DNA of 64,000 nucleotides. Source: Pristiophorus japonicus (Eukaryota). Positions 50,475-62,602 of this stretch are shown in pieces. The DNA lies in assembly GCF_044704955.1 (NCBI RefSeq), contig NC_091980.1, positions 41,602,001 through 41,666,000 on the forward strand. The letters are read 5' to 3'. A program made the translations under genes and the position numbers. Numbering within the stretch: position 1 is the stretch's first letter; each line of letters starts with the position of its first letter. A model generated the notes under the pieces. It saw only the letters and a list, made by a program, of their open reading frames with translations, was not told where the DNA came from and did not search any database.

Positions 50475-51240
50475 ATAGAAACAGGAGTAGACCCGTTCAG
50501 CCCCGCGAGCCCGTTCCGCCATTCACTTAGATCAGGGATAATCAGTTTCTTAACTCCACCTACCCGCTTCGGTTCGATAACCCTCATTACTCTTGCCTAG
50601 CAAAAATCTAACAATCTCGGTTTTGAAATTTTCAATTGACCTAGCCTCAATAGCTCTTTTTGGGGTGGGCGGGGAGGGGGAAGAGTGTTCCAGATTTCCA
50701 CTACCCTTCGTGCGAAGAAGTGCATTCTGTTCCCAAAAGTTTAGAAGATTGAGATGTGATCTCATTAAAACATATAAAATTCTTAAGGGGCTTGACAGGG
50801 TAGAAATTGGGAGGATGTTTCTTCTGGCTGGGGGGTCTAGAGCTAGGGGTTAGTCTCAGAATAAGGAGTTTGCCATTTAGGACTGAGATGAGGAGGGTTG
50901 TGATTCTTTGGAATTCTCTATCTCAGAGGTTTGTGGATGCTTAGTCGCTGAGTATATTCAAGACAGAGATCAATAGATTTGTGGATACTCAGAGAATCAA
51001 GGGATAGTGCAGGAAACTGTTGAGGTAGAAGGTCAGCCATGATCTTATTAAATGACGGAGCAGGCACAAGGAGCCGAATGGCTGACTCCTGCGCCTCCTA
51101 CTTATGTTCTGACATCACCCCTGAACAGCAAAACTCTAATTTTAAGGTTATGCCCTCTTGTTCTGGACTCTCCCACCAGAGGAAGTGGTAGTTTCTATCT
51201 AAGCTATCAAATCATTTAATCATCTCAATTAGATTGCCAC
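50475..51240. mobile_element. Nested CR1 3' fragments in opposite orientations
   Basis: Minus-strand tail at 50475-50730 and 51110-51240, interrupted by a plus-strand fragment FRRLRCDLIKTYKILKG with tail. Confidence 0.7.
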
Positions 51241-52511
51241 TTAATGTGAGTGCGGGGTCTTTAAGTGGAAGAACGAGTCAGAGCTCTGGTTTAGCTGCAG
51301 TTTGTGGAGTGGACACTGGTAAGGAAAACATTTCAGAAATTAATTCTTGAGGTAATGAAACTGTGGCTTCAGGTTTTGCCACCATAAGAAAGAGTCAGTG
51401 ATACAAGCAGGTAATATTAGGAAGTGGAATTGTTAATTCTTGCAAATCAATGATTCCAATCTCTTGCCATTTGACTTAATAATTAATTTTTAAAAAATGA
51501 CGACAAACGTTAATGAAGTGACTCTCTTCCCTTCCCTTCCCGCACCCCCCACCCCCAACCCAACCAAGAATTTCTCAAAACAATTATAAGATATGTACAA
51601 CCCAGAGTGATTGCAAGGCCATAAATTAATTTTCGGACTCAGACAAGTTAAGTACTCTCAAATCAGCTAAACTCGCTGATCCCAACCCTGCATTAACTGC
51701 CAGGTACTATTTTTTGTATAAATTGTTCTTGCTATTTTGTGAAAATGTTGTTCAATCGATGGCCCTTAATGTAATAAACCTTCAGGACCAATACTTCCCT
51801 GATGGATTAGTAGCTGAATACACCACTTGATCTAATGGCCTTAAATGTGTAACAATGGAGGATCACAGGTTTAAGCATCAGTTTGTGCTAATCAGCTCCA
51901 ATAGGAACTTTACAAAAAAAAACATTAATTTAATATTTTATTTTAGTTGCTTAACTTCCTTTGCGCTTCCATTTTGATGTTGTGCAAGCTTTAGAAATCA
52001 GTACTAAGCCAGGTCACAATTATTTTTGCTATTTTAAGAAATATAGTTCCATTAAGATATCACTTGCAACAGATTTTTTGAAGAGTGATAAGCATCAAAA
52101 TTGTTCATGTTTAAACCGACCATCTCATTCCTATTGTGAAACAGTAGGCAGGTCTTTAACCAATATTAAAAACGTGATGCTAGAAACTATTGGCAACACA
52201 CATTTGGACATTTTCAATTCCCTGTCCCACTACCAATACAAACATTGCAACCTGTACAAGGTCTGACCTCTAGGGGAAGAAGCAAATTACAACAATTTAA
52301 GAAATGCCTTAATCATATAGCCAACAATTCAAAACCCTCCCCAAGGATAAACCAAAGCCAGATGGGAAATATTCCAAATATGGAGGGAAGGTCAGAGATT
52401 AGATTTAGGATCACAAGTTGCAAATGCATTTTAAAATATAGAGTCACTTTGAAAGATGGAACTGAAACCCAGCGCTCCTTGGAGAGGATCACACAATTTT
52501 TTGCAACCATG

Positions 52512-52670
52512 TGTCAGCTGTGGTTAGTTGGTAGCACCCTTGCCTCCGAGTTAGAAGGTTGTGGGGGTTCAATTCCCACTCAAGAGACTGGAGCACAAAA
52601 ATCTAGGCTGAAACTCCAGTGCAGTACTGAGGGAGTGCTGCACTGTTGGAGGTGCTGTCTTTCGGATCAA
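52512..52670 (+). mobile_element. DeuSINE 5' part
   Basis: tRNA-like head and tgcagtactgagggagtgctgcactgttggaggtgctgtctttcggat. Confidence 0.7.
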
Positions 52671-52674
52671 TGTT

Positions 52675-55545
52675 ACATAGGATTCCATAGGACATACTGC
52701 ACAGGAACAGGCCATTCGGCCCAACCAGTCCATGTCAGGGCATTTATGCTCCACTCAAGCTTCCTCCAGTCTTTCCTCATCTAAATCTATCAGCATAACC
52801 CTCTATTCCCTTCTCCCTCATATGCTTGTCTAGCATCACTTAAATGCAACTATACTATTCGCTTCAACCACTCCCTGTCACTCTTCGGGTAAAGAGGTTT
52901 CTTCTGAATTCCCTATTGGGTTTCTTGGTGACTATCTTATATTAATGGCCTCTAGTTATGCTCTTCCCCACAAGTGGAAACATTCACTCTGTATCCACTC
53001 TATCAAAACATTTTATAATTTTAAAGACCTCTATTAAGTCACCACTCAGCCTTTTTTTTTTAAATAAAGAAAAAATAAACCCTTTCCTGATATGTATACC
53101 CTCACATTTCTGGTATCATCTTTGTAAATCTTCTCGCAGCCACTACAGTGCCTCTATATCATAATAGGGAGACCAGAATTGTTTGCAGCATTCCACGTGC
53201 GGTCTAAACATGGTTTGGCATAACTTCCCTACTTCTATAAATAAACCCTATTGCTTGGTTTGTTTTTTTAAAATGGCCTTGCTTACATGTGTCACAACTT
53301 TTAGTGATTTGTGTATTTCTACTCCAAGATCCCCTTTTCCTGTACCCCACCTACCATCCAAGTAATAAGTGACCTCCCGACCAAAATGTAATACCTAACA
53401 TTTATCTGTTTGAACTTCATTTGCCAATTATATGCCCATTCTGCAAGGTTATTAATGTCCTCCTGTAATTTGTTGCAGTCCTCCTCAGTATTGACTATCC
53501 CCCCAATTTGGTGTCATCTGCAAATTTAGAAATTGTGTTTTTGATTCCAAAGTCTAAATCGTTAATGTAAATTGTGAAAATAATAGGAGCAGGAGTGGGC
53601 CATTTGGCCCCTCGAGCCTGCTCCGCCATTTAATAAGATCATGGCTGATCTGATCTTGGACTCACTTCCCTGCCCGCTCCCCATTACCCTTTACTCCCTT
53701 ATCGTTTAAAAATCTGTCCATCTCCACCTTAAATTTATTCAATGACCCAGCTTCCACTGCTCTCTGGGGTAGCAAATCCCATAGATTTATGACCCTGAGA
53801 GAAGAAATTTCTCCTCATCTCAGTTCTAAATGCATCATAGATTTCCCTAAGTGGAAACATCCTCTCTGCAGCTATCTTGTTGAGCCCCCTCAGTATCTTA
53901 CATGTTTCATTAAGTTCAAATCTCATTCTTCTAAACTCCAATGAGTATAGGCCCAACCTGCTCAACCTTTCTTCGTAAGTTAACCCCTTCATCTCAGAAA
54001 TCAACCTAATGAACCTTCTGCTGCTATGCCCTGAATGGTCAAATATCCTCCTGACACTGTCTAGGCCTATACTTGAATTAGCCACTTAGGTGAGGTACTG
54101 GAGGATAATCAGCATTCATGACCTGTTGCCCAGCAAGGAGTCAGTGCCTCCAGGAGAGGCAGGGACAAAATTGACAAGAATTATTTTCCAGATTAAATTT
54201 CGATAGAAACCTTGAACACTTGAATGGAGGAGACACCAGTCAGTCACAGTGAATTGCTGCAATTGCCGTGGTGATGGTGAGCTAGTGAGTAGGCCCAGAA
54301 GAAGCAAGTGCCCAGGGGCAGCACGGGCCAGCCCACATTGCAATATGTGCGCGCACAGGTTCCGTGCAGCAGAGCTGGTCGCCAGTCGTCCTGGTTAACC
54401 CTCGCCATTGAACCAAGACCTGGCTCTGTCAAGCTCGCGTGGTGGCTGATGTGCAACGGCCACGTCTTAAAAAAATCCTCACACAGGCATCTTCCACCTT
54501 TTAGGATGCAGTTCGGGACCTGGAATATTAGGTCCTTCATTGAAACACCTGTGAACTCATCCCTTTTTGGCATAGAACCAAGTCATCCTCGTTACGAGGA
54601 ACCACCTATGATGATCCCTCCTTAAATAAGGATATCAAAATTGTACACAGTACTCCAGGTGTGGTCTTACCAATACCCTGTACAATTGTAGCAGGACTTC
54701 CCTGATTTTATTCTCCATCCCCCTTGCAATGAAGGCCAACATTCCATTTGCCTTCCTGATTGCTAGCTGTACCTGCATACTAACCTTGTGTTTTATGCAC
54801 AAGGACCCCCAAGTCCCTCTGTACTGCAGCATTTTGTAATCTCTCTCCATTTGAATAATAATTTGCTTTTATTTTTCCTGCCAAAGTGAATAACCTCATA
54901 CTTTTCCACATTATACTCCAAATGTTTGCCCACTCATTTAGCCTGTCTATGTCCCTTTGCAGATTCATTGTGTCCTCCTCACAACTTGCTTTCTCACCCA
55001 TCTTTGCATCATCTGCAGACTTGGCTACATTACACTTGGTCCCTTCATTCAAATCTTAATATAGATTGTAAATAGTTGAACAGCAGTGGCCCCAGCACTG
55101 ATCCTTATGGGACACCATTACCCACTTCTGCCCAGTGAATAGCTGTCCTTTACTCCAACTCGCTGCTTTCTGTCTTGAAGGAAGCAAGCTAGCAATCCAT
55201 TCTGCTACTTGCCCCCGACTCTGCATTGGCCTTGTTCATCAGTCTATTATGGAGTACCTTATCTAGATTTTCAAAAGGCCTTTGATAAATTACATCCATT
55301 GCATTACCATTGTCTACTCTCTCTGTTACCTCTTGAAAAAATTCAATGAGGTTGGTCAAGCAAGAATTTCTCATTTGAAATCCATGTTGACGATTCATTA
55401 TTATATTTTTGGTTTCTGGGTGTTCTTCTATTTTCACCTTTAGTGGGGACTTCATTATTTCTTCTACCACCGATGTTAAGCTGACTGGTCTATAATTCCC
55501 TGAACACGTTCTATCCCTTTTTTTAAATTATTACATTAGCTAGTC
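52675..55545 (-). mobile_element. Cluster of nested CR1 fragments
   Basis: RT remnants (QHGF..SCLTNLIEFF, ADDAK, RPHLEYCVQF) with tails at ~52680 and ~53585. Confidence 0.85.
54290..54614 (+). mobile_element. RTE-tailed retroposon, copy 3
   Basis: Ends caagtcatcctcgttacgaggaaccacctatgatgat; interrupts a CR1 (the insertion may extend left to ~54021). Confidence 0.75.
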
Positions 55546-55560
55546 CTCTGGCACGACACC

Positions 55561-55848
55561 TAAACCGAGACTGTGTCTGCTCTCTCAGGTGAACGTAAAA
55601 GATCCCCTGGCATCGTTTTGAAGAGTAGAGGAGTTATAATGACCAATAATTGTCCCCCAAATCAACATTGCTAAAACAGATCATGTGGTCATTATCACAG
55701 TGCTGTTTGTGGGAGCTGGCTGTGCACAATTTGGCTGCTGCGCTTCCCAAATTACAACAGTGACTACACCTCAATAAGTACTTAATTGGCTGTAAAGCAC
55801 TCTGCGACGCCCCGAGGTGGTGAAAGGCGCTACAGAAATGCAAGTCTG
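55561..55848 (+). mobile_element. DeuSINE 3' part with L2-like tail
   Basis: taaaccgag...gtaaaagatccc...ttggctgtaaagcac...gaaaggcgctacagaaatgcaagtct. Confidence 0.75.
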
Positions 55849-55859
55849 TCGTTTTCTCG

Positions 55860-56210
55860 GCAGTGTTCCGCACTCGGGGCCTTGGCCCTTTAGGTGGTGA
55901 AACCTGAAGATAAGGTATCAGCAGCACCTCAGCCGCCCTGTCCCGGTCACCCCGGCTGTGAGGGCGGCCCTTCCCCGGGCCGTAGCTCCCCGTCTTTCCC
56001 CAACAAGCTCTCGGTGCGCCGCCGCTCACTGCTCCACACTCCGCCAGGGCTGGCCCCAAACTCCGGCTCTCTGTCTGCCTGCCCCACTCCTGCTCTCACC
56101 TTCCCGTCTCCTTGGTTCCGACTCGAATGGCGGCGGGACGCAAGGTTCTACGTCATACGCACGCCACACTTGACGCATCCTCATCAGCGCGCGCAGAATG
56201 GTGACGTGTA
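55860..56210 (-). promoter_or_regulatory. CpG-rich promoter and probable non-coding exon 1 of UQCRQ
   Basis: Non-repeat CpG-rich island upstream of UQCRQ; YY1-type CCGCCATT (56126-56133), CRE-like TGACGT, GCGCGCGC; donor AAG|gtgaga with exon end at 56100. Acceptors exist just upstream of the ATG at ~48240-48253. Confidence 0.65.
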
Positions 56211-56435
56211 ACTTGTACCAGTCAGTGACAAAAAACACGGACACGTACTGTTGCAGATGTGGAACCAGAACTGCACAATGCTGCAAACAGCGGGTCGCTG
56301 TTTTTCATATGCATGCAGGTGTGTGGGAGATTGCAGCTCAGTTTCATTGTTTGAGGGGACTGCTCAATTTTGGGGGTAGATATTTACCCCTTACTCTCCT
56401 GCTCTTTGGTTACTGGATCTATTACAACAGAAAAA

Positions 56436-56858
56436 GGCTTGCATTTATGTAGCCCCTTTCATGATGTCTCAAAGCACTCTATAGCCAATGAAATACTTAT
56501 TGAAGTGTAGACATTGTTGTAATGTAGGAAACGCAGCAGCCAATTTTGCGCATAGCAAGCTCCCACAAACAGCAATGTGACAATGACCAATCTTTTAGTG
56601 ATGTTGATTGAGGGACTAATATTGGCCAGGACACCGGGGATAACTCCATTGAAATAGTACCATGGGATGTTTTACATCCACCTGAGAGAGCGGGGGGGCG
56701 CGTAGGGTGCATAACGTCTTATCTGAAAGGTGGCACCCCCGACAATGCCTTCCTACTGCACTGGAGTGTCATCCTAGATACTTGTGCTCAATCTCTGGAG
56801 TGGGACTCGAACTCACAACCTTTTGACTCAGTGGCGAGTGCACTACCATGGCTGACAC
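56436..56858 (-). mobile_element. Full-length DeuSINE
   Basis: tRNA head (ggtagtgcactcgcc...gagttcgagtccc), Deu-domain and L2-like tail. Confidence 0.8.
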
Positions 56859-57024
56859 TAATTGGCATTGTTCTTCATAGTCACTAGCAGAGGACAGTTT
56901 ATGTTGAGAGTGCTTCCAAGATTAAGCCGCAGACTACTTGATATTTTCTCACTTCCAAGAAAAGGAGGCTGCACTCATAGATTATGATGTGACTCAGCCA
57001 CATACTTGCAACCAGTAGCAAGAG

Positions 57025-57380
57025 TTTAAAATTCTTATTCTTATTTTCCAATCCCTCCATGCCCTTGCCCCTCCCAGTCTCCGTAACCTCCTCCAGCCCT
57101 ACAACCCTCAGATATCTGCAATCCTCCAATTCCGCCCCTTTGAGTAACCACAATTTTAACCACTCCACCATTGGTGACAATGATTTCAGCTGCCGAAACC
57201 CTAAGCTCCGAATTCCCCTTTAACCTTTCCCCTTTAAGGTGAGCCTTAGAACCTCTTCTTCTTAGGTTCCTCGACTCCGAGGGACTGCATATCTCTTTGA
57301 CCAAGCTTTTGATCATCTGTCCTAATATCTCATGTGACTCTGTGTCAAATTTTGTTTGATAATGTGGGGAAGCCTTGGCA
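57025..57380 (+). mobile_element. Old L2-like LINE 3' fragment
   Basis: tttaaaattctt...ccctccatg...ctctttgaccaagctttt.atc motif; reverse-homologous to 59640-60330. Confidence 0.55.
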
Positions 57381-57447
57381 TATTTTCTCTTAGGTGGTCC
57401 CTCGTATTGAGGATGACTTGCTTCCACACCAAAAAGGGATGAGTTGA

Positions 57448-58008
57448 CATCATCATCATCATCATCATAGGCAGTCCCTCAAATCGAGGATAACTTGCTT
57501 CCAACAAAAAGTTCACAAGTGTTTCAATGAAGGACTTAAAATTCCAGGTCCCAAACTACATGTTGAAGGGTGGAAGATGCTGTGCGTGGATTTTTTTAAC
57601 GTGTGGTGACCGTTGCATACCAGCCAACACACAGGCTTGACAGAGCTAGGTCTTGGTCCAGTGGCAAGGATTAACCAAGATGGCTGGACACCAGCTCTGC
57701 TGCATGGACCTAATGCGCACACATATCGCATAATGCTGCCCCAGGTCCCTCACCTCAGCTGGGCCCTGAACTCACGCCTCTCCTGGGCACCGATCATGTC
57801 ACTCTGCAATTTCTTGCCGCTCTTGCTGTACCTGCCCACGCTCCAATCAGCGACCTGGGTTATGATGACGTCCAATCCAGTCGTCTTCCTCCAAGACGTC
57901 GCTCTCCTGCACTACCTCGCGCTGCTCCCAGAAGTGGTATGCTCCTTTTATGGTCCAGACCTGCGGCTGGTGTTCTCACTTAGGACGGGGCCGCCACACT
58001 GGTTCTAG
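57448..58008 (-). mobile_element. RTE-tailed retroposon, copy 4
   Basis: (cat)7 aggcagtccctcaaatcgaggataacttgcttcca tail; body homologous to copy 1. Confidence 0.78.
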
Positions 58009-58182
58009 CATCGCACATTTTACTACATTAAAGTCATAATATAATTGCAAGTTGTTTGTTGTAAGGATCCACGACTCTCCAGTGTGAAACTTGAACAAGC
58101 ATTGAGCTGGGCCCTTTGGAATAGCAAGATCAGTCATGATTCTTGTGGTCTCCCTGGTTGTTGAATAGTTAAAGTGGGAGTG

Positions 58183-59128
58183 TCATCATCCTCATTATCA
58201 TAGGCAGGTCCTCAGAATCGAGGAAGACATGCTTCCACTCCTGAAGTGAGATCTTTGGTGGCTGAACAGTCCAACATGAGAGCCACAGACCCCGTCACGG
58301 GTGGGACTAGTTCGCCGCAAGCTCCCTCCGCCACCCGCGCTTGACCCCTACATGCTCTCGCCATTGAGACTCGAGGCGCCCAGCACCCCCCCGATGCACC
58401 TCCCCCACTCAGAGCGGTCCTGGGTCAGGGACACCTGTCAGTGGGGATGTCGCACCCCATCAGGGAGGCTCTGAGAGTGTCCCTGTAGCCTTTCTGCTGC
58501 CCACCTTTGGCTCATTTGCCGTGAAGGAGCTCCGAGTAGGGCACTTGCTTTGGGAGTCTCATGTCTGGCGTGCAAACTATGTGGCCTGCCCAGTGAAGCT
58601 GATCGAGTGTGGCCAGTGCTTCAATGCTGTGGATGTTAGCCTGAATGAGGACGCTGATGTTGGTGCGCCTGTCCTCCCAGGGGATTTGTAGGATCTTGCG
58701 GAGACATCGTTGGTGATATTTTTCCAGCAACTTGAGGTGTCTGCTGTACATGGTCCATGTCTCTGAGCCAGGAATTACTACAGCCCTGTAGACCATGAGC
58801 TTGGTGGCAGTTTTGAGGGCCTGGTCTTCAAACACTCTTTTCCTCAGGCGGCCGAAGGCTGCACTGGCGCACTGGAGGCGGTGTTGGATCTCATCGTCGA
58901 TGCCTGCTCTTGTTGATAGGAGGCACACGAGATATGGGAAGTGGTCCACATTGTCCAGGGCCGCGCCATGGATCTTGATGACTGGGGCCGGGGGCAGTGC
59001 TATGCGGTGAGGACAGGCAGGTGGAGGACCTTTGTCTTACGGATGTTTAGCGTAAAGCCTATGCTTTCGTATGCCTCAGTAAATAAGTCGACTATGTCCT
59101 GGAGTTCAGCCTCTGCACGTGCGCACGT
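58183..59128 (-). mobile_element. 5'-truncated RTE-clade LINE
   Basis: DHFPYL..IDDEIQHRLQCASAAFGRLRKRVF..TKLMVYRAVV..SETWT..CLRKILQIPWEDRRTN..WAGH; (tga)n tail. Confidence 0.9.
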
Positions 59129-59639
59129 CTAGATTGAGAAAGTAGCTGATGGACCCATTGTATTCTTCAGGGAGGTATTCTGACTGCATTGCAGTGACAA
59201 TGGGAGTGGGAGCGTACCCTGCTCGTCCCAGCCCCTCCCAGTTTTTTGGTGTTGAAGGATCAGTTGACCTTCATATATTTTGGAAGTGTCAATATTGTAG
59301 ATCTGTGTCCATGCTTCTCACCAATTAATCCATCCTCAATTGGTTTGTTTGCAGACTGCTCAGATGTACCAGGCACTGAAAATGCCCAAGGTGAGTCTTT
59401 GAGAGCTCACTATTGTGCTAGATTGAGAAGGAGCTGATAGAGCCATTGTATTCTTCAGGGAAGCATACTGACTGCATTGCAGTGACAATAGGATGTTTCT
59501 GGCTCTTCATTGATCTTTTGAGTATGTATGAATGGTAAGTTTTGCAGGGCGTTAGTAACCAGTCTCAACCTTAAGTTTTGCCATGAGACCAGGGACTAGA
59601 AACCAGCCTGCCCAAATGTCCCAAGATACTTGTGTTACC

Positions 59640-60330
59640 ATGCAAAATTTGACACCAAACCGCATGGAAATATTGGGACAGGTGACCAAAAGCTTGGTCA
59701 AAGACATGGGTTCTAAGGAGTGCCTTAAAAGCAAAGGTTTAGAGAGGGAATTCCAGAACTTATGTCCTAGGCAACTGAAGACACAGCTGGAAATAGGAGA
59801 TGTACAAGAGGCCAGATATCAAGAGTTGTAGGGCTGGAGGAAGTTGAGATAGGGAAAGGTGAGGCAAGACTATGGAGGGATTTGAATACAAGGATGAGAA
59901 TTTTAAAGGGAGGTGTTGTCAGATCCAGGGCCAATGTAGATTGCCCAGGGTTGATGGGTGAACAGGATTTTTTGCAAGCTGAAATTTATGGAGGGAGAGA
60001 GGCCAGCCAGACCATTCAAATAGTCACATCTGGAGGTGATAAAGCCATGGTGATGGCATCAGCAGCCAATGGGCTAAGACAGGGATAGATATGCAATATT
60101 ATGGAGGTGAAAAATAGGTCTTTGTGATGGAGGATATAGGGTCAGAAGCTCAGGTCAAATAGATGCTGAGGTTGCAAAGAGTCTGGTTTAGCTTCAGTAT
60201 GGCCAGGAATGGAATAGATAGCTAGGAAACTGTGGCATGGACCAAGACAATGGCTTTGTTCTTCCAATATTTAGTTGGAGGAAATTTCTACTCATCCAAC
60301 ACTGGATGGCAGACAAGCAGTGTGTCAAAT
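59640..60330 (-). mobile_element. Old L2-like LINE fragment
   Basis: Reverse complement of the 57025-57380 type 3' end, extending into degenerate ORF2 (WMSRNFLQLNI.KNK). Confidence 0.55.
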
Positions 60331-61593
60331 CAGAGACCAGGCAGGTTGGGGGGGGGGGGGGGGCAAATCAAACAAGCTGGAGGTAGAGCTGGGTGTCTCA
60401 GCATGTGGAAATAGCTGAAACAGGAAGCTTTTCTCTCTTGACTCGAAGGCAGGGGGGGGGGGGGGGGGTAGGGGCAGCACAGATCGTTAGTAACTGGATA
60501 TAGAACCACATTGAGTGTTGATGGATGCAAAGTTGCACTCTTGGCTGAAGATGTAGAGTTTGAAAAAGTAATCAAGAAATACTTAAGTCAGTCTCATGAA
60601 ACTTCACCAAAATGGGTATACAACAGTATACTAATTTCCCACAAAGCAAAGAGGCACAAAAATCTGAGACTCAAATCATTTGCAATTGTTATTTATTTCT
60701 TTGCCCGCCAAGCAGGGTGTGTGTTCATTTGTTCAAAGATTTCATACACTAAAGTATAAACTTCACCAGATACCACCAGGGTCTTGTACCACACATCTCA
60801 GAATGGTGCAGGAAAGTTTCATTCACACTCAATGTGTCCTTAAAAACATGGTTTTTAAAAAGTTCATCTTTTTAGTTTAAACAACCATCAGCAGTAATGC
60901 AAGAATTTCCCCCACCTGTGGAGCAGTCAAGTACCTCCACATTCTCAGGTGATTGGAGTCTCAGCCCAAGTGTGGGAACATCTCAGTTCACTGCTGGCTA
61001 TGGTGCAGTTTGTGAAAACTTTACAATAAAGACACTTGGTTCATTACTAGGATATATGTTTCAAGAGTTATGCTGAATAAATATTGGCAGCCCACCAAAA
61101 TAAAACTAGCTACCTACATCACCAAACATTTGTATAAAAGTTACTTAATTTGGGGAGGGGATAGGGACAGGTGAAGGTAGCATTCGTGGTCCCGGTGTAC
61201 AAAACTCTCTGCCTGTACAGCCAAGAAAAACATCATTTAGGACAGTTATTGCCTCTACATTTAAACACAGCTTCAAATACAACTTGAAAACATTAAAAAC
61301 AAGATCCATTACTCAGACAGAACTACAGAGAGCACATTTAGCAAAACAAAACCTGTGCTTGATAAATCCAAATATACATTCACACGTGTAGCCAGTCAAA
61401 CACTCTCCTGGGCATTTAGAAGTAGAATTTTCAACGATTAAATAGCACAGAAAATAAATAAAAAATAAAACAGTCCATATATAGTACACATGGCGATTTT
61501 CTTGGCTTTTCAAGCAATGACATTTCCCATTCCGACTGATCCGTCACACAAATTGCAGATGTTTAGAAACCTCAGGACTCACATCCTCCTCCA

Positions 61594-62543
61594 CTAGCGG
61601 CAGGTACATGTTGTGGCGATCATATCATTGTACTCCTTGTAAACGATGGAGCCATCGTTTTCCAGAGTGAGCACGCTCAAGGGATTATACTGCGAAGGGA
61701 CGCAGGAAGGGCGAGGGATCGACGAGTCCACCTTCTCGTACAGGATATTCTGGATCAAGGTGTGGACGGGGGAACCGTAGCGATGGCTCAGCGCCCGGGG
61801 GCAGCTGCCCTTGCAGTAGCGAGGATTGTAGTTGTGGGGAGCGATGATCCAGTGGTCCCAGAGCAGCTGGCTGAAAGACAAACGGAAATCGTGAAGCTGG
61901 CACTCATGATCAGGGTACTGGAACCAGGGGAGGCGGTGAGCTTTCGGCAAGTCCAGGGGCGAGGTGCCCAGCTCGTCACTTTTCGGACCGCGACGCCGGC
62001 GGCCGGACCTTGTGCCCGCTCTCTCGCCGTCGACGAGACTTTTTCTCGGTCTCGCTGCTCGGCCCAGCCTGGACTGGGTGCCGAGCTGAGCCGGGAGCCA
62101 GCTGTGAGGAACCTGTTCACGCGTGTCGTTGAGGAACAAGAGCAGGGAGGGCACCGCCACTGTCACTTTCAGCATGCCCTCTGAAATTCCCCGGCTGGCC
62201 GTGCGGTTTGCGCCTGGTTGGCCCGGTCGGGCGCACGTGTAGCGGAACACCATGTGCAGCTCCCCCCGGCGAGGCCCGACAAACGGCTGGAGGAAAGAGG
62301 CCAGGTCCACCTCTACCCACTTGCGCCTCTTCCTGCGCTCGAAGCGCACACGGATGTGCTGTGACCGCAAGTCGTTGGAGCACATCTGGTCCGACAGCGG
62401 ATCGAGGTCTTGGACCGTGAGATTGCAGTGGCACAGCATCGGAAAGTACGCCGATTTATCGACAGGGTACAGGAGTACAGATCGCAGTAATTGCTCGTGA
62501 GAAGTGACAGGACCCAAGCCGTAGAAAACATCTTGCTCAAATG
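61594..62543 (-). CDS. GDF9: Growth differentiation factor 9, exon 2
   Basis: Acceptor ttttttttag; RRRR furin site; mature TGF-beta domain CQLHDFRLSFSQL.WD.WIIAPH.YNPRYCKG.CPR..HRYGSPVH...RPSCVP...MIATTCTCR; Ser in place of the dimer Cys, as in GDF9/BMP15. Confidence 0.97.
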
Positions 62544-62602
62544 CTAAAAAAAAGATTAAATGTTACCAGGTGTAACTGATTTGCAAGAATCAATGCATAC
62601 AT

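Noticed and set aside
61762-62500. Overlapping and antisense ORFs on GDF9 exon 2, and similar ones over CR1/Gypsy
   Set aside because: Shadow frames of GC-rich coding sequence with no independent motifs.
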